This document shows positions 1-15,363 of a stretch of DNA of 64,000 nt, piece after piece (the first letter of the stretch is position 1; the number at the start of each line of letters is the position of its first letter). Both the position numbers and the translations under genes were made by a program. Where the stretch lies: NCBI RefSeq assembly GCF_009914755.1, contig NC_060928.1, one strand, 5' to 3'. Under the pieces are notes generated by a model. It saw nothing but the letters and a program-made list of their open reading frames with translations. It ran no database searches and was not told where the DNA came from. This DNA comes from the human T2T-CHM13v2.0 reference genome, Homo sapiens.

Positions 1-3000
1 TAAAGCTGTTATAATTGGCCTACCTAGACTAGAAAGTTTCAGTCTTGGAGGAGAGGAATAGCTCCTTTCCTTCCTGAAGGGCAAAGTCCTAAAATATAGT
101 GTTCATTTAACAAAGTGGATTAGAGAGTGGATATTAAATGGAGAACAAGTTGTGTCAGCCACATTAATCCTAGAATTATTTTATGTTTAAGGAATTTAAG
201 ACTCACAAAGTTTTGCCTAAAACATGGCTAATATATAGTAGATATTGAATTTTTATACTTATGTTTGTCTCCAAATTCTACTTCTATACAGTAATAACGA
301 CTTGTTTCTTAAATATTAAGTGAAAAACTCTGTCATATTTTTAAATTCTTTTATTTTCCAAAATTGTTAAGCTATGGGGGAAAGACAATCAATATACATT
401 AAGGTGATTTGTCTTGTGAAAAAATATTTCAACCTCTGCAAGAAAAAAATCTGCTTTTTTCTTTGGATGATACCCTTCAAAATAATCAGTGCTACAGGCT
501 TAATTGAAGTGATTTTTAGGCAGAGGTGGGAGAAAACTGAGGAGGTAAGACTGGGTCTTTTTACTGGCTCTAAATACACCCCACATACCTTAGGTATGAT
601 ATCTTCACATACCATGTACTGCTTCCCTGTGACTAGGCTCATACTAAAGGAAATACAATTGAATCATCTTTAGATTAAAAGGTATGAACAAAAAGTGAGA
701 AGTTGGAAAAACGAGAGTAGACATTCAGATTCTTACTTATGTTGCAATCAGAAACACTCCAAACGTTGAGTTAAAGCCAATCAGGAGACTGACACAAGGG
801 AGGAGCATAATGCAGTGCAGGAGATACTGACCTGAGATCAAAGAAACCTACTTCCCACTCAACAGCTCTTTGATGTTTTGTCATTGTACCATCATGTCTT
901 TGCAGTGACAAGTCACTCTCCACGTATATTTTCTTGAATAATGGATTGGATCCTAAATTTGGGAGGAAGACATAAAAAGTGTACCTGGATACCCAGTTTT
1001 ACTTTGAGTATTCAATGTATTATTTATTTTGACACACTTTTCTGGAAAGTCCGCTTCTGGCTGTGAGGCTAAATGAAAGACTCTAACATGTTTGGTAAAG
1101 AAGGCAATATAATTTAAGGCAAGCAAATGTGCTTTACCTTGCTCAGCCAAAAGTATTGGATTTAACTTTCCAAATAAAAATGAATCTCAAAATGTCCCCC
1201 CTTTTTTCTAGAGCAGTTCACTAAATCACAATAAAATATTTAAAATGATCTTACTGGAGAATGATAAACTTATACAGAAATTCCCGATTTAAAAAAAAAG
1301 ATCAAAAGTAAACATATTTTAGCTTTCTCACAAATAATCAGCAACTGCAACACTTGCTGTGGTTCTTTCTGTTTTGCTGTAACTCGACAACGTTTTAAAT
1401 TCAAAAGGTTTCTGCTAGGATTGGATTATGATTATTATGCAGGAACATATCCCAGTATAAACAGCTTTCTTGGCATTTACATATTGCTCCCACATGCTTC
1501 CATTTCTGACTTCTCAGTAAGTCAGAAGCACATATTTTATTGTTATGAAAAGAACACAGTTTTCTATTTACTATAGAATCTTGGGTCTTTACAAACAGGA
1601 TAATCCAGCATCACAGCACTTATGCAGCCAAAACCTGAATTGATAATGATATAAACTTGCAAAGCAAATAAATATTTCAATCTAAAATCTGTACTATTAA
1701 CACAAGGTCGTCAAAGGTTTTCTATAATGAATTCAGAAATTCCAGCCTAACTAATTGCTTTTATAATAATGAGGGTCAACTAGCTGAACAAAAAGTGAGG
1801 ACGGGACGTAAGCAGCTTTTGTTTAACCTAGACAGAGACAGGGAGCCTCTTTCCTGGGGTGGCGTAAACAGCACAAATCTGCCCTATCTGCAGTTGCCAT
1901 TTAAATGAACCCTGTTTTCTAATACTGGAACTAGGCCTATTATTTCATACAAGGAATATATACCAAGGTTTCTAAAAATCAGGTATATACACCCTCAAAA
2001 GTGAAAGTAACTAATCAATAGTAGACTTTCTTACAATTTTACACCATTTAACTATCCTCATGGAGAGTCCTAAATTGCCATATGGAAAACACCGCCACAC
2101 ACACCTCCAGGGCCAGTGTGTGAGAACCACTTTTAATTTTTCTTGCCTTCATTCTGATCATTCATTTTGTTAAACAAGGCATTCTGGCCTTCCTCATCTT
2201 AGATACGTAGCAAATTATTACTACTAAAGGATAGTGGGCAACAACTCAAACTCAATAAAAATGGGTCATTCAGAGCATTTTTCCAAAGTGGTTTTTATTT
2301 AAAGATATGTATTTATAACAACTCTAAGCCCTTTTTTTTTTTTCTGTAGGAGCAAAAATGGCCCCTTTTCTGAAGGTCATCAAAAACTATATAGTTTTGC
2401 AAATCTGCTGTAGAATAGACAGCCTCGGGGGGAGTTATAAGAGAAAATGGCAGGCATGGCTTATCAGAAGAGTATGTATGATATAGTGAACATCAGTCTT
2501 TACATGTTAAGTCATTAACTGTTTAGGGTGCAGATAGTTCTTCATAAAGAATCAGATGTTCCATTCCTCTAGTATGGTAAAACCGGTGCCATAAAGTCAT
2601 TGCAAAAGACAGCAAACAACTTTGTTATTGTAATGTGCTTTTTTTTCTTTTAACAATAGGTCTAGCAGGTGGCATGTGGCTATGGCTGGGTCTATCTCCA
2701 TCTCCAGGGTGCCAAGATGTCCCTCAAAGTTTCTGTGGGAGGAATTTGTTGGTGGGATTTGGATTGTAAAGGCACGCGAGCATCTGCTGCCTCCCTGGTC
2801 TCATTACCATTCACACAATTAACTCCTGCAGCTCTCAGCTCAACAGCCAGAACCAAGGACTCAATTTTACTGCCTCTTTGACAATGCTCATTATCATTCA
2901 TCTAAACTTAAGAGTTCCCAAGCTTTCAACTCAGTGGAAAGTTTTCTTGGGGGAAAGAGATCACACAGAGGAAAGCCTTTGGAATGAAGAGAGAAGGAGC

Positions 3001-6000
3001 AAAAAAAAAAAAAGATTAAGGACCTAAAATCAACACCTTGAAGTAACTGAGTTTCTAAAATGTGGAATTTTATTTCATTTTATAAGTAACACGCCACATC
3101 TTTAAAGACTGCCTCCCTCATATTTCAAAGGCCTGTGTTTGGTCTCCTAACATTTTCACTTAAGGAGCTATGATCAGTTAACAACAATAGTTCTTTCTAC
3201 TGTCCTCATTGATACTAGGTCCAATTTTGCATCTCGTGGAAGCTTTGGCCAAAACTACAGCTGCCTGAGAAAAAGAGTTTTGAGTAATTTTCCATAGAGA
3301 GTAAACAGAGTGTTTTGTTATGCAAGGAGAGAAAGATTCACAAAACATGACAAATTCAAGAAAGCCTATATTTTTAAAGCCTCAGCAGTCCGATTATGTT
3401 AAATTGCATAAATATCAGCCTGCTACCTGAAAATTAAAAGTGTACTGTCCCTTTCACCATTTTGTTTCATGATAAATATTTACAAACTGCAGTTTTTAAC
3501 AAGTTTATGTTGGACAAGAGTGAGGTGATAATAAATGATTTTTTTATAGGTTAAATAGCAGAAGCCTATTATTTATTGACATGTAGGCTACAAGGAGGTT
3601 AAAAGAAAACCTCCTTCCTTGATGTCAAATAAGTGATACAAAAACTGCACCTTCTCTTAAAGATATAACTTAATTTTTAAAAAGAAGCATTTAAAACAGT
3701 CTGCTCAAATGAAATAAAGCCTCTTTGGAACAACAGAAGAATGATTAGGCTGCTAAAAGCTGTGAAAGCAGTGCTATATATATAGTGAAAGCTATGAAGA
3801 TTAATTTGTACTTTTACAAAAAAATTAGATAGTGAAAAATAGGTAAACTTTTACTTCAATGACTACAATTAAAAAATATGTATTTATGATAGCACTATTG
3901 AAAATTTTGTATATATTTAGCTCTATATTTCATAGAAACAGGAAACAATCTTATTGATACTGATTATCTTGCTTTTCCTTTGAATGCCATACATCAAAAC
4001 CTAAAATTTCATTACTACATATACATTTTTAATATAGCATTAGGAAAAAAGAAATTTTGGTTAAGATTATATGGTTTGTTTTAAATTACCTAATTTTATA
4101 AACCATTCTTTGCTTCTTCCCAAAATGCAAATTTTCTCAAATAAAACCCAGGAGAAAATAAAATTAATGTTTGGGATGTGATATAATTCAAGCTCACCAA
4201 CATGTAGATGGAGAAAAAATATCTTCATTTTTAAATATTTTAATGGTTATAGTTATAATTCTTGTGTGAAGGATAGGTAATGTATATTTGAATCTATAGA
4301 AAATGCATTGCCCCCTGGCTTCTTAGACAAAATAAAAGTGGGTATCTGAGTTCCTTATGTATTTGTCTTGATGTAAGTGATAACATGCCATTGAAGAAAT
4401 TGTGCACACCTAGATTTCTTAACAGAATAGAACACTCAGTCATTTTTCTATTACGCAAAAGTTTAGTATGAACATCTCTGGTTATTTACAATATTCACAA
4501 AGACTTGCACGGTAAGAATGTAAAACCCCAATTCTGACTTCTCTGTACCATGCAGAAGTGTGACTGCAGATTTTTCTAAAAGTTGCATCCACACAAATAC
4601 AATTTATGTTGTTAGTTGTTTCTTGAATTCTGCTACTCACATGGAATGCTGTCTGGTTCACAGCCTTTGTATTTCTCTTTTTTCCTGTCTCAGACCATTT
4701 GAACCCTTCCCTTTCCATCCCCAGAGTTCTGAGCTCTGCCCCAGTATATCCAAAACCAATCTTGCCTGAGTCAGGAAGGAGGTATGAATGTTGGTGCTCA
4801 GCAATTATTGATGCTTATGTTGACACTGACACTAGGCCTGTTGCGTGGCTCTAATTAGACTTCTTTATACCTGATGCGTCATCCTTGCCTACTGTCCCAC
4901 TTCAATAATTGACGTTTAGACACTGTTTGGTTTTGCTAGTTTTATTCTCTCACCATTCCAACTCCAAGTTACTCAATCCTCCTCCAAACTGTTATGACTG
5001 TTGTCTTTATATCAGCTGGTGAAATTCCATGATGCTGCCTCTATTTTTGGAATCTCCTCTGGAATCCTCGCTGTTTGCACCACCTACTGTGAGATTGCAC
5101 TACCAGCAATCTCATCTTACGCTGCCAAGTGCTCAATGAATGATGGTCTGTAGTGTGCTGTCAGATCCTCCAGTGTTCTACTCACCACATTGGATTTTCT
5201 TTTAATGCTTTTGGGTAAGTCCCCTAGAATTTACTGTGCTCCTGCAACAGGTTTTGTTTATAGGCTCTCTCTCCTCATGGCTTTGCACAATCATGTTGTT
5301 AACTAGGCCTTGCTTGTCATACTTGCCTATGTCCATAACATAAATGAGCTTTTAGTAATAGTTCTTCTTCTTAATGCATTATGAAAAATGTGAACTTCAC
5401 AGAAACTGAAACACATGCCAACTGCTTAAATTCCATCTCAGTTATTGCAGAAGTCTATAGCATGGAATGTTGTTGAAAATAATAGAATGCAAGCATATAT
5501 ATTATTAATACAAATAGATCTCCAACAGCAACAGATTGTGTTTTATCTTTGTGTATCATGTTAGCAATGTTGTCTCAGATATTATTTTTAAAATTGTACC
5601 TAAAACAAAGCAAATCTGCATTAATGAACCAAGATATTTGGACCAAGTCAAGCTCAGTACTTGGCTTACTATTATGCTATAACAAATAGAATCGGGCATA
5701 ACATTATAGCAAAGATATTTGCTATATTTTCTCTAAGGATTCTAATATGCATCAGTTTTAATATATATAGATATGTGTGAATTCATATATACTTTCATTA
5801 TTTATTTAATATGTCAATTTAACTTTTCAGGAAATGTAATGCCATACAGCCACATGCTAATATAATTAAAATAATAAAGTGTACTTTCTCTCCAGAGTTA
5901 TAAGTATGACAACATCCAAATGTTTATTAAAATGTTTTCTAAAAAGCATATGCTCCCAGGCACATGAATTAAATCCCTGAGCAAATACAATGCATAATGA

Positions 6001-6907
6001 AACAGCTGGTATCACCTCTTACAAATTAAAGAATATACAAATTTTAATATTTTCATGATAAGAGTTAGAAGTAACCTGAATTTTCAAACTCTATCACACA
6101 TACAAATGTAAACACATATTAACTTATTCTTCATGTGTTAGAAAAATTACTTTTCTGATAAAAAGTAAAATTTTACCATTACCTAGTAAGGAAAAAAAAT
6201 CTGTGTATATTGCTAACAAAATTGATGTGCTGAATTCAGTCTTTAGACGGACTATCTGCTAATCAATGTTAAAGTGTCATATTCACATTTTGCCTTGAGT
6301 CCCCTTTTAAAACCATCATGTTATTAAGATATTGTTTGACTGTTTTGCCCTTAGAAAGTCTCTGTAAATCATGGAATAAAGAATAAGGCTGTTAAGCAAA
6401 TGTAAAATAAGTCAATCATGTATTGTATGACATATGGGCAATTTCCATTAAAGAAGTTTGTGTGTGAATAAAAGTAAAAATTCTATAAAATGAAATATCA
6501 GAGTCTAAATGGATCTGGAAGATAACTGTTATGAATGCCACACTAGTCAAATTCCTTGGGTAGGGTGAATATCATTCCTAGTGATTTTCATTCTGCAATT
6601 TGAATCAGTAGTTTAAATATTAGCACTTAACGGGTTTTTTTGTTAATCACAATATAGAGTCAATACAGAGTTCTATTTTATTCTTCAAAGTATTATTTTA
6701 CCTTAACTATTTGTAATTATAAATGCTAGTTTGGTTAATGAGGTTTGTGATGAATGTTTGTTTTATTGAACTGATGGCATTGATTCACAAAACTTTTTGT
6801 ACTCCGGGTCATGATTGCCTCTCAAATGAACAGTGGCTCTCCCTTAATCAGCAGTGACACTGAACAGCGGATGTATGATCCTTAGAGAAATGCTGCATTT
6901 TTTTTGT

Positions 6908-7077
6908 CATGATCTTCCCTTTGGTTTCATATTGGAATCACCTGAGGAGCTTTAGAAAACGCTGATGCCTGGGTCTCACCCCCAGAGAGTCTGACTTCAT
7001 TGGTCTGTTTTGCTTCCTGAGGAGCTGGAAAAGTTCCCCAGGTGATTATAATCTACAGTCAAAGCTGAGACTTATTT
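6908..7077. mobile_element. MER5A1-like hAT-Charlie MITE
   Basis: catattggaatcacctgaggagctttagaaaacgctgatgcctgggtctcacccccagagag...ccccaggtgattataat...gctgaga resembles the recalled MER5A1 consensus. Confidence 0.75.
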
Positions 7078-7083
7078 CACTAG

Positions 7084-7398
<315 letters not shown>

Positions 7399-9151
7399 TT
7401 CACTAGAATCTTTCCAAAAACAAGAAATTTGGCTATGAAAATGATGTCTGTCTTATGCATAAAATATTGAAACAAGTAAACTAGTTTCTGGGTTGGTAGA
7501 AAAGTTGTATTTACATCTCTTTCTAGATGGGAGTATAGCAGTAGAAGAAGCACATAAAGGAAAGAGGTGGTGGTGAGAAAAATTAAAGGAGAAGAAACAT
7601 TTGCACCTTCTGGAGGACAGTAAAGGAGAGTGGACATTGTGTGTCAGAGAGAGTTAGGGACAGGGTGCAAAAAGCATCCCTGTCAATCCCTTTCTGCCTT
7701 ACATTCCTTTATCGTTGTGTTATTCACATAAATGTAAAGATTATACATAAATAATAGCATATTGGGAGGAGAAATACAACAAAATATCAACATTATATTA
7801 TAGCTATTAACTATCACTGCATTAAAAAAAAAAAGACTAATTGTAAACAAATCCTGCCTTTAGTGATTCTCTAGAAATAATGAGTTGCTTCTTGACCAAG
7901 GAGAAGTCTGGACTCACAGATGCCTATATTAATATGATCATTTGTGTTTCCATTCAACTATTTTAACAGTATAAAAATTACATCTTTGATTTCTATTTAA
8001 AGGTCAACTTCACTCAAACTGAAAAATGAACTATCAATTCAGAAACAATCGTGAAGAAAAATGGTGATAAATGAGCCACAATACAAATGTTACACTTTAA
8101 ATAAAAGAGGATTCTCTGAGGCAAATTGGGAAGTTATATGGCCCTATCAAACATGCATTTAAGCTGAGGTTCTCTGAAGGAAATAGATTTGGCTATCTTC
8201 CAAGGTAGACGAGATATCTAGGCGAGACCAGGTGAACAGGGATGGCAGAAAGTAGAGTTTTAAAGAGTTAAGATTTCTCTTTTCCCATCACTATGGGGGA
8301 GTGCCTGGAAGACTCTTTAGTATTTTAAATGTGTGCCAAGTTACTTGAGTAATGTGAAATTGATACCTCACTCTATAGCTCAAGTACTGAAATTATTAAA
8401 CTTTAATTTTTCTCTTAAATGGTATATTATAGATAACAATTGACATAAAAAGGCAAGGGGCAAGTGGTAAACACAGAAAAAATAGATGAGCACTATGGAA
8501 GCAGAGGCATGGTATCAGAGAATTAGAAGAGTCTAGTTAGGGGAGACTTCTGCTAGATACCATGCTGAGAGGTTGCTCTCATCTATTACAGGCTCTGCTG
8601 CTGATTTGAGATTTGACTTCCACGCAAAATTAAATGTGAAAAGGTGTTGCTTTCCTCCTGTTCTAAGTTTTTTCACCGGTATGCATTATGGTTGTTTCGC
8701 TAGATTAATCAATCAGTTGTCCAATCAATTAAAATCTTCATAGCACTTTATTTTCTGACAAATAGTCTTTCTTTGTGTAATGAAATGACTACCTACCTTA
8801 AACTAGTTGTGATAAAAATCAAGTCATTGAATGGTAATAATACAGAATAAATTATATGGATTATGCTATTTATAGTTATAAAAATTTCAAATGAAACAAT
8901 GGACATACTCATCAATAGTAAGCTTTGTATAAACTATGTTTAAAAATGTCTCCTGTATAAGATTATGCCCCTGGAATGAGTAGCCATTCATCTAGTGCCT
9001 GTCAAGATGGAGAAAATTATATGGAATAAATTGCAAATTATCTAAGAAGTGTTAAATTTCAGAATGTATGTGAGCGTAGTTGTTTATATTAAGAAATATC
9101 AGAAGTATATTCACAAAATTTTTAAGTTTATCAATAGAGAAGGGAGACGAA

Positions 9152-9414
9152 AGGGCATGGTGGTGCATGTCTGTAATCCCAGCACTTTGAAAGGCCCAGG
9201 TGGAAGGATCACTTGAGCCTAGGAGTTCAAGATCAGCCTCGGCAACCTAGGGGGACTCCATTTCTGTACAAATTAAACTAATTAGCAGGCATCCTAGCTA
9301 CTCAGGAGGCTGAGGAAGGAGAATCACTTGACCCTGGGAGGTTGAAGCTGCAGTGAGCCTCCAGCCTCCGTGATGGAGTGAACCTGTCTTTGAAAAAACA
9401 AAAATGAAAAAAAA
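9152..9414 (+). mobile_element. AluJ-like element with internal deletions
   Basis: gggcatggtggtgcatgtctgtaatcccagcac...aggatcacttgagcctaggagttcaag; right arm shortened; A tail; degenerate TSD ggagacgaaag/ggagatggaag. Confidence 0.9.
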
Positions 9415-9613
9415 GGAGATGGAAGAAAATGGGGTAGAGGTGAGAAGGATATAAACTGAATTTCTTTGCATACATGCTACTTACAGGTTGAACTTTGGAA
9501 TAATGTAAATATGCTATTTAATTACAAAACAAAAATAAATGTTAAAATATATATATAAAATAACATGAAATAAAAATAACATGGAACAACATTTTTGGAA
9601 AATAGATCCCCTG

Positions 9614-9958
<345 letters not shown>

Positions 9959-9959
9959 T

Positions 9960-11040
9960 TATACTTATATTTCCTATTTCTTGCCACTGAAAAGGTCTAG
10001 AATCAAAGACCAACTCAAGAGAAATGAGTTCTTTTAGTGCCCTAACTGTTGTCTCTCAATATCATTTTCCATTGAAAGGATCTAGGGTTCCTTGGGGAAA
10101 TAGTTGCTTCAAAGTCTGAGACAGGAAATGTGTAAGATGAATCTGTATCATTTTGTCATAACAAAAAGCAAAAATGTCAGCAAAACCTATAAGAAAAATG
10201 TTTTAAGGACCCAGGATCAAGCTTGAATAAACTCACACTGGCCAAAGATGAAATCATTTGAGCATTATGAAGGATAATAACTACAATGTATTAAAATACA
10301 TGAAACGTGTTTGCATGAATTCATAATGATAATAAAAACAAAAATTTTACTAGTCAACTTTTAAAGATGCTAAGAAACCAAATATCTGGTAAATAAAAGA
10401 AAGGAATTAAGAATTACCCTGCCTTGTCTAAATAACTTGTACTTCCAGTTAACCAAAGAGTTGATGTGGGAACATTCCTCCTTTTAGAATTATTCTGCTC
10501 AACGAAAGAAAAGGAATGTTAAAAATTGAATGTCATCATTTTTCAATCTGTAATGAAATAAAAGATATCGGCTATAATCATCAGTACTGATAATATCACA
10601 AAAAGACAACCAGAGACGTTATTTGCCTCTTGATGAAAATACACACTTAAAAAGTACACTTGCCCAAAACACCTAGAACAAATCTAATCAACCTTCTGGA
10701 TCTAATTACCAAATTACAGGGAATACAGGGAAGAAAATCATGCTAAAGACACTGCTGGGATGCAATCAGCAAAACCCAAAATGTGGGAAAGAAAATTCTG
10801 TTAAAAAAAATCAAAACAGATCTTCAACAAAAAATTCCAGAAAGATTCCAGAGAGTACACGGTAAACTCTACATTAAAAGACATTTCAGTTAATCTTAAA
10901 TTATGGCTCTTCTTTTCATTGACATTTTAAGCAAAGAAATTCTTAATAAAAGATAAACAATTAGGAAATATTTATTTTAAGGAATTTTAAAGATGTGATA
11001 ATGATATTGTAGCTAATTTGATTAAAGAATCCTCATTAAA
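9960..11040 (+). mobile_element. Ancient L1M 3' end (L1MC4-like)
   Basis: ccactgaaaaggtctagaatcaaagac...ccattgaaaggatctagggttccttggggaaatag resembles the recalled L1MC4 3' UTR; A-rich sense strand. Confidence 0.65.
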
Positions 11041-11752
11041 AAAAATTGATTCAGTGAAAAAGCATCACTTTAAACCTTAGGATTTTTCAGAGAAGTACCC
11101 TACAAGATGATTTTTATAAAAATAAGTTAAGTGAATGGTAATAATTTTACATTTCAAAAATATACAGACACAATGAATACCACAAATAATCACTCACTTG
11201 CTTCATTTGCCACTTAAGCCTGTAGATTATTGTTGTTTTAATCAATAAATCAATATGGCAATATCTAGTGCCAGTAATTCAGAAATTGTTCCAAGCAATG
11301 TGGCTTTCTGGCAACTGACCTTCCTGAATCTGACATACAACCTGAAGGCACTAGGAATTTAAAAACTCTTATTGATTTATATACTAACAAGTAATGTGCA
11401 GGCTGCTGGTGCCCATGTTCATGTTTTGTTCAGGTAGAAATACAACATTTGATACTGTATAATTAATAGGTGGGAAGTAGATCCCAGAGTAAATGGAATA
11501 CAAGGGAGTGAATGGCAAAGGATAGCTGAAGCACATTCATGATCAATCAAGCTCCATCTTTAAGGTTTCCATTTAATCATCCAAGGTCATGAATTTACAA
11601 GAAATTAGTTTATGTCATTTCCAGATATTTGTATTTTATAAATGCCTAGGTGAATATATTTATACATGTTTATATATGTGTGTGTGTGCATATGAGTGTA
11701 TGGAAATGTGAGTGTGTGTGCTAGAGAGAGAGACAAAGAGAGGAGAGAAATC

Positions 11753-11998
11753 TTACGGTGATTAACAGCAGACATTTTGGAATTAGATTTTCTTGGGTTT
11801 AGTTCCCATTTCTAGCATTGGCACATACTGGTCTTGCACCGTTGGCCAAATTACTGATATTTACTAATTCTCAATGATTTTATTTTTTACATAGGGCTAA
11901 TAAGATCTTAACATTACAGTTTGTTGCATTAGGTGAGATAATAAGTTTGTAGAATTTAGCACATTTCCTGGCACCTAGTCAGCCGCTCAGCAAGTGAT
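11753..11998 (+). mobile_element. MIR
   Basis: Degenerate MIR core ending agaatttagcacatttcctggcacctagtcagccgctcagcaagtg. Confidence 0.7.
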
Positions 11999-12554
11999 AC
12001 CAAAAGCATGAATAATCTAAATTCTAGTTTTTAAAAATACACTTTTAGAGAATACAATATGGAGGGTTAAATTTTGAGAAGAATTTTCTCAATATTTTAA
12101 TTTCCTTTACCTGGATTATCTTTAATGAGCCTGAAAGATTTTATGCCAAACCAGTATTGCTGTAAAAAGTCTAGATTCTGTGAGCACTTTCAGCTCCTAG
12201 AAGTAGCATACTTAATGGTCTGATTTATGCTTTAGTTTTGCCATAGCCAGGACTCTCAGTCTAGAACCCATTCAAAACTTTCCATAGGAATATACGTGTT
12301 ATGTCACAGAGTGTCTGTAACAACATAAATGGACCAGTATTTGGTCTGATACCTCATATAAGACAAAATTGGTTCCTGAAAATACAGAATTTCTATTTAC
12401 AAATATCACAAAATATTTAAAAATGATGTCAGCTTTACTGTTATCATTTCATTTTCCTTCAACAAATTTGATGTATTATAATACCAAACAATAATAAGCA
12501 ATCTCTGAAAAGTCTCAATTCTTTCATTCAAAAAATTCATGTATTAGACTAAAG

Positions 12555-13140
12555 CAGTGCTTCACACACTTTAGTCATTCTTGTAACACCTATATGGGTT
12601 TTTGCATATCTGAGCATCACCTATATCATTATTTACTAAATTATTTTTTCTTCAAACTGACTTAGTATTTTCACTTAAAAGTTTTAAAAGGAGAAGATTT
12701 AGCCAAGCGTGGTAGCTAACACCTACAATCCCAACACCTTGGAAGGAGGAGGCAGGCGGATCTCTTGAGCTTGGGAATTTGAGACCAGCTTGGCCAATAT
12801 GGTGAGACATCCAGCTCTGCAAAAAATAATAAAAATAATTAGCCAGGCTTGGTGACACATGCCTGAAATACCAGCTACTTTAGGTGGGAAGATCACTTGA
12901 GCCTGGGAGGTTGAGGCTGCAGCGAGCCGTTTTCACGCCACTACACTCCAGTCTGTGCAACAAAGTGAGACCCTGTCTCAAAAAAAAAAAAAAAAAGAAA
13001 AGTTACATCACTAATATAAATTGTAGTAGAGGAAAATAAGTGGAAAACCAAATCAGTTTCCATATTAATAAATATATATATACATACTCAAAAATAATAC
13101 ATAATTTTAAAATAAAAAATAAGATAATGATTATATCAAT
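12555..13140. mobile_element. MER113-like hAT-Charlie fragment interrupted by an AluJ
   Basis: cagtgcttcacacactttagtcatt...cacctatatcattatttactaaattattttttc, resuming after the Alu with ttacatcactaa...tggaaaacca. Confidence 0.5.
12701..12996 (+). mobile_element. AluJ
   Basis: Alu dimer with J-type gaagatcacttgagcctgggaggttgaggctgcag and gagaccctgtctc followed by poly-A. Confidence 0.93.
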
Positions 13141-13159
13141 TTCCCTCTGCGTGGAATTT

Positions 13160-13635
13160 TATAAGACCTTTCATGATCCATACCTTGGTTAACTCCTAGT
13201 TCTTCTCTTATTTTGCTTCCCTTCCGTCTCTCTTTTGTAAGAACACTAAATGTCATTCAATCCTGTGTATTATCTAAGATCTCTTGCCACAGGGTCTTTG
13301 CACTTACTAGCTCTGCTTGGTACATTTTTCTCCTCTCTATATCTAGTCAATGATTATCCTTTTACACCTTAGTTGGAGAATGCTTTCTCAAGGAAATCTT
13401 CTCGGATCTCCCTAAGCAAGTCAAATTATCCTATCATAGGTTCTCCTATTTAGCTTTTGTCAAAATTGTGGGTTTTCATATGTTTTGTGATTAATTGATT
13501 TTTTCTTTCTCATTAGATTCGAAGTTTCAAAAAGGCTATAATAATTAATGGTTATTCATATAATTTTATCTCTAGCAACTAGTACATGCCCATCCCACAA
13601 GGAATGGTGAATATATTTTGTTAAATAAATGAATA
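13160..13635 (+). mobile_element. L2 3' fragment
   Basis: gccacagggtctttgcacttactagctctgcttgg...; ends atattttgttaaataaatgaat like the L2 terminus. Confidence 0.65.
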
Positions 13636-15170
13636 AAATAATAAATGTATTTGTACCATATTTCTGAAAACATGAGGAAGAATATTTCTATAGTTGAAGA
13701 AAACAACCACATCCTTTATTCCTCTAACTGCATTTTTTCCCACTTCTAACCACGTTAAATTTGGATTTTATAACCAGCCAAGAGAAAATTAGGTATGATT
13801 TTTGTGATATTGACCATTTTTCCTGTGAAAGGTTGTGTCTCCTTTCTCAGGTAAAAGAAAGACTGTCAAAGTGATTTTGTGGTTTGGAATTTTGAGCTTC
13901 AGAATTCTCTGAGTTTGCCAAATTTTCTCAGACAGTGTCATTTCAATACTGGAACACCATTATTTTCATATTAGATCTTTAATTTTTACATTAAAGAAAT
14001 GTATAGTTTGTAAATTCAAAAAGTAAATTTCACAACCATTGAAATAAAAATCAAAGTCCCTCCGTGGAATACCTAAAATCTTATACTTCCATAATGATGA
14101 ACACTGGACTAACAGATTTTGAAGTTTTCAAAATCACATTACTTTAGATTCATGAAGATTTGATGATGCCTAAGGCATTTTTACATATATTATGTGTTTT
14201 GACCCTTCCACAAATACTAAAATTTGAGCAGAGCAAGTATTCATATTCCCAGTTAACAAATGTGATGACTTAGTAAAATGGTCACGATCTTAATAATAGT
14301 TTATGGTAGGTGTTCTGACTATAGAAGCTTAGTGTTGGAAAGGACTGGGTTATTAAAGTGGGCTAGAAATTAATGAAAGTCAAGGAAGTTTCCAGTTATT
14401 GTCTTGAGGACCTCCATGTAGACAAAATCAAGTACGGTGATGGAAGAAGTTTGGTTAGAAAAGAATCAAAGGTACGGTGTACATAAGATTTCATGAATCA
14501 TGGGGAGTATTGGAATACTTGTAGGGAGAAACAATGAAAAGAGAAAACATAATAATTTATAATATAATCAAATAAAGTAAATATCAAAGAAGAAATGATC
14601 TGTCTCAAGTGGAAGACTAATGATGTAAAAGTGTCAGTGCAATGTAGGAGAATACCAACACTACCTTTTAATGAAAATATTCCTGAGACACAGAGAATTA
14701 GGGTACTAGACTCAAGTGATCTGTAAAAAAATCACCAATTTTAAGGGAGAGGCAAGTATTAGTTATGCCAAGGAAGTTTATCATTCTATGAAATGTCTGA
14801 GGCTACTTTCCTATGAGAGAGAGGGAGCAGGCTACAATGAAGAGGATGGTAGAGAAAGTAACTTTGAGCTGTCAGAAACGAGATGAGGGGTGTGGAAGAA
14901 GGTGTGGAGAAGGAGGAAGTCCTCCCTGAGGACTTGAGAAGGAGCTGGTTCTGAGAGACTTGCGTTGGTGGGGATAGGTGAACAACTGTCGACTTAGGAG
15001 TCTGTACCTTTTGCAGAATAGCCTTGAAATCTGGAGAAAAAGAAAAGCCTAATAATATAGAGATAATACATTTAAAATACATAGTTGAAAGGAAGAGTTT
15101 TTTTGTTCCTTTGTGGCCATGAAAGTGACAAGGAAAGCCACAAATGGGTCAGAACCTCTCTCTCTTTCTT

Positions 15171-15363
15171 TGTGTGTGTGTGTATACACACACATTATAT
15201 ATATATATGCTCATATGCATAAATACACATATATGTATATAAATACATATATACATATATACTCATATGTGTAAATACACACATATATGTATATAAATAC
15301 CTATATACATATATACTCATGTATAAATACACATATATGTATATAAATACATATATACATATA
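15171..15363. repeat. (TG)/(TA)-rich simple repeat with ~52-54 bp higher-order unit x3
   Basis: Unit ctcatatgcataaatacacatatatgtatataaatacatatatacatatata starts at 15210, 15262 and 15316. Confidence 0.9.

Noticed and set aside
367-673. Overlapping ~90-100 aa ORFs on both strands, and the many other short AT-rich ORFs
   Set aside because: No domain similarity, codon bias or convincing splice context; lengths are at random expectation.
13831-13856. Other AG|GT motifs (ctttctcag|gtaaaa here; minus-strand ccttactag|gtaatg at ~6175-6200)
   Set aside because: Weaker donors, expected by chance in AT-rich DNA.
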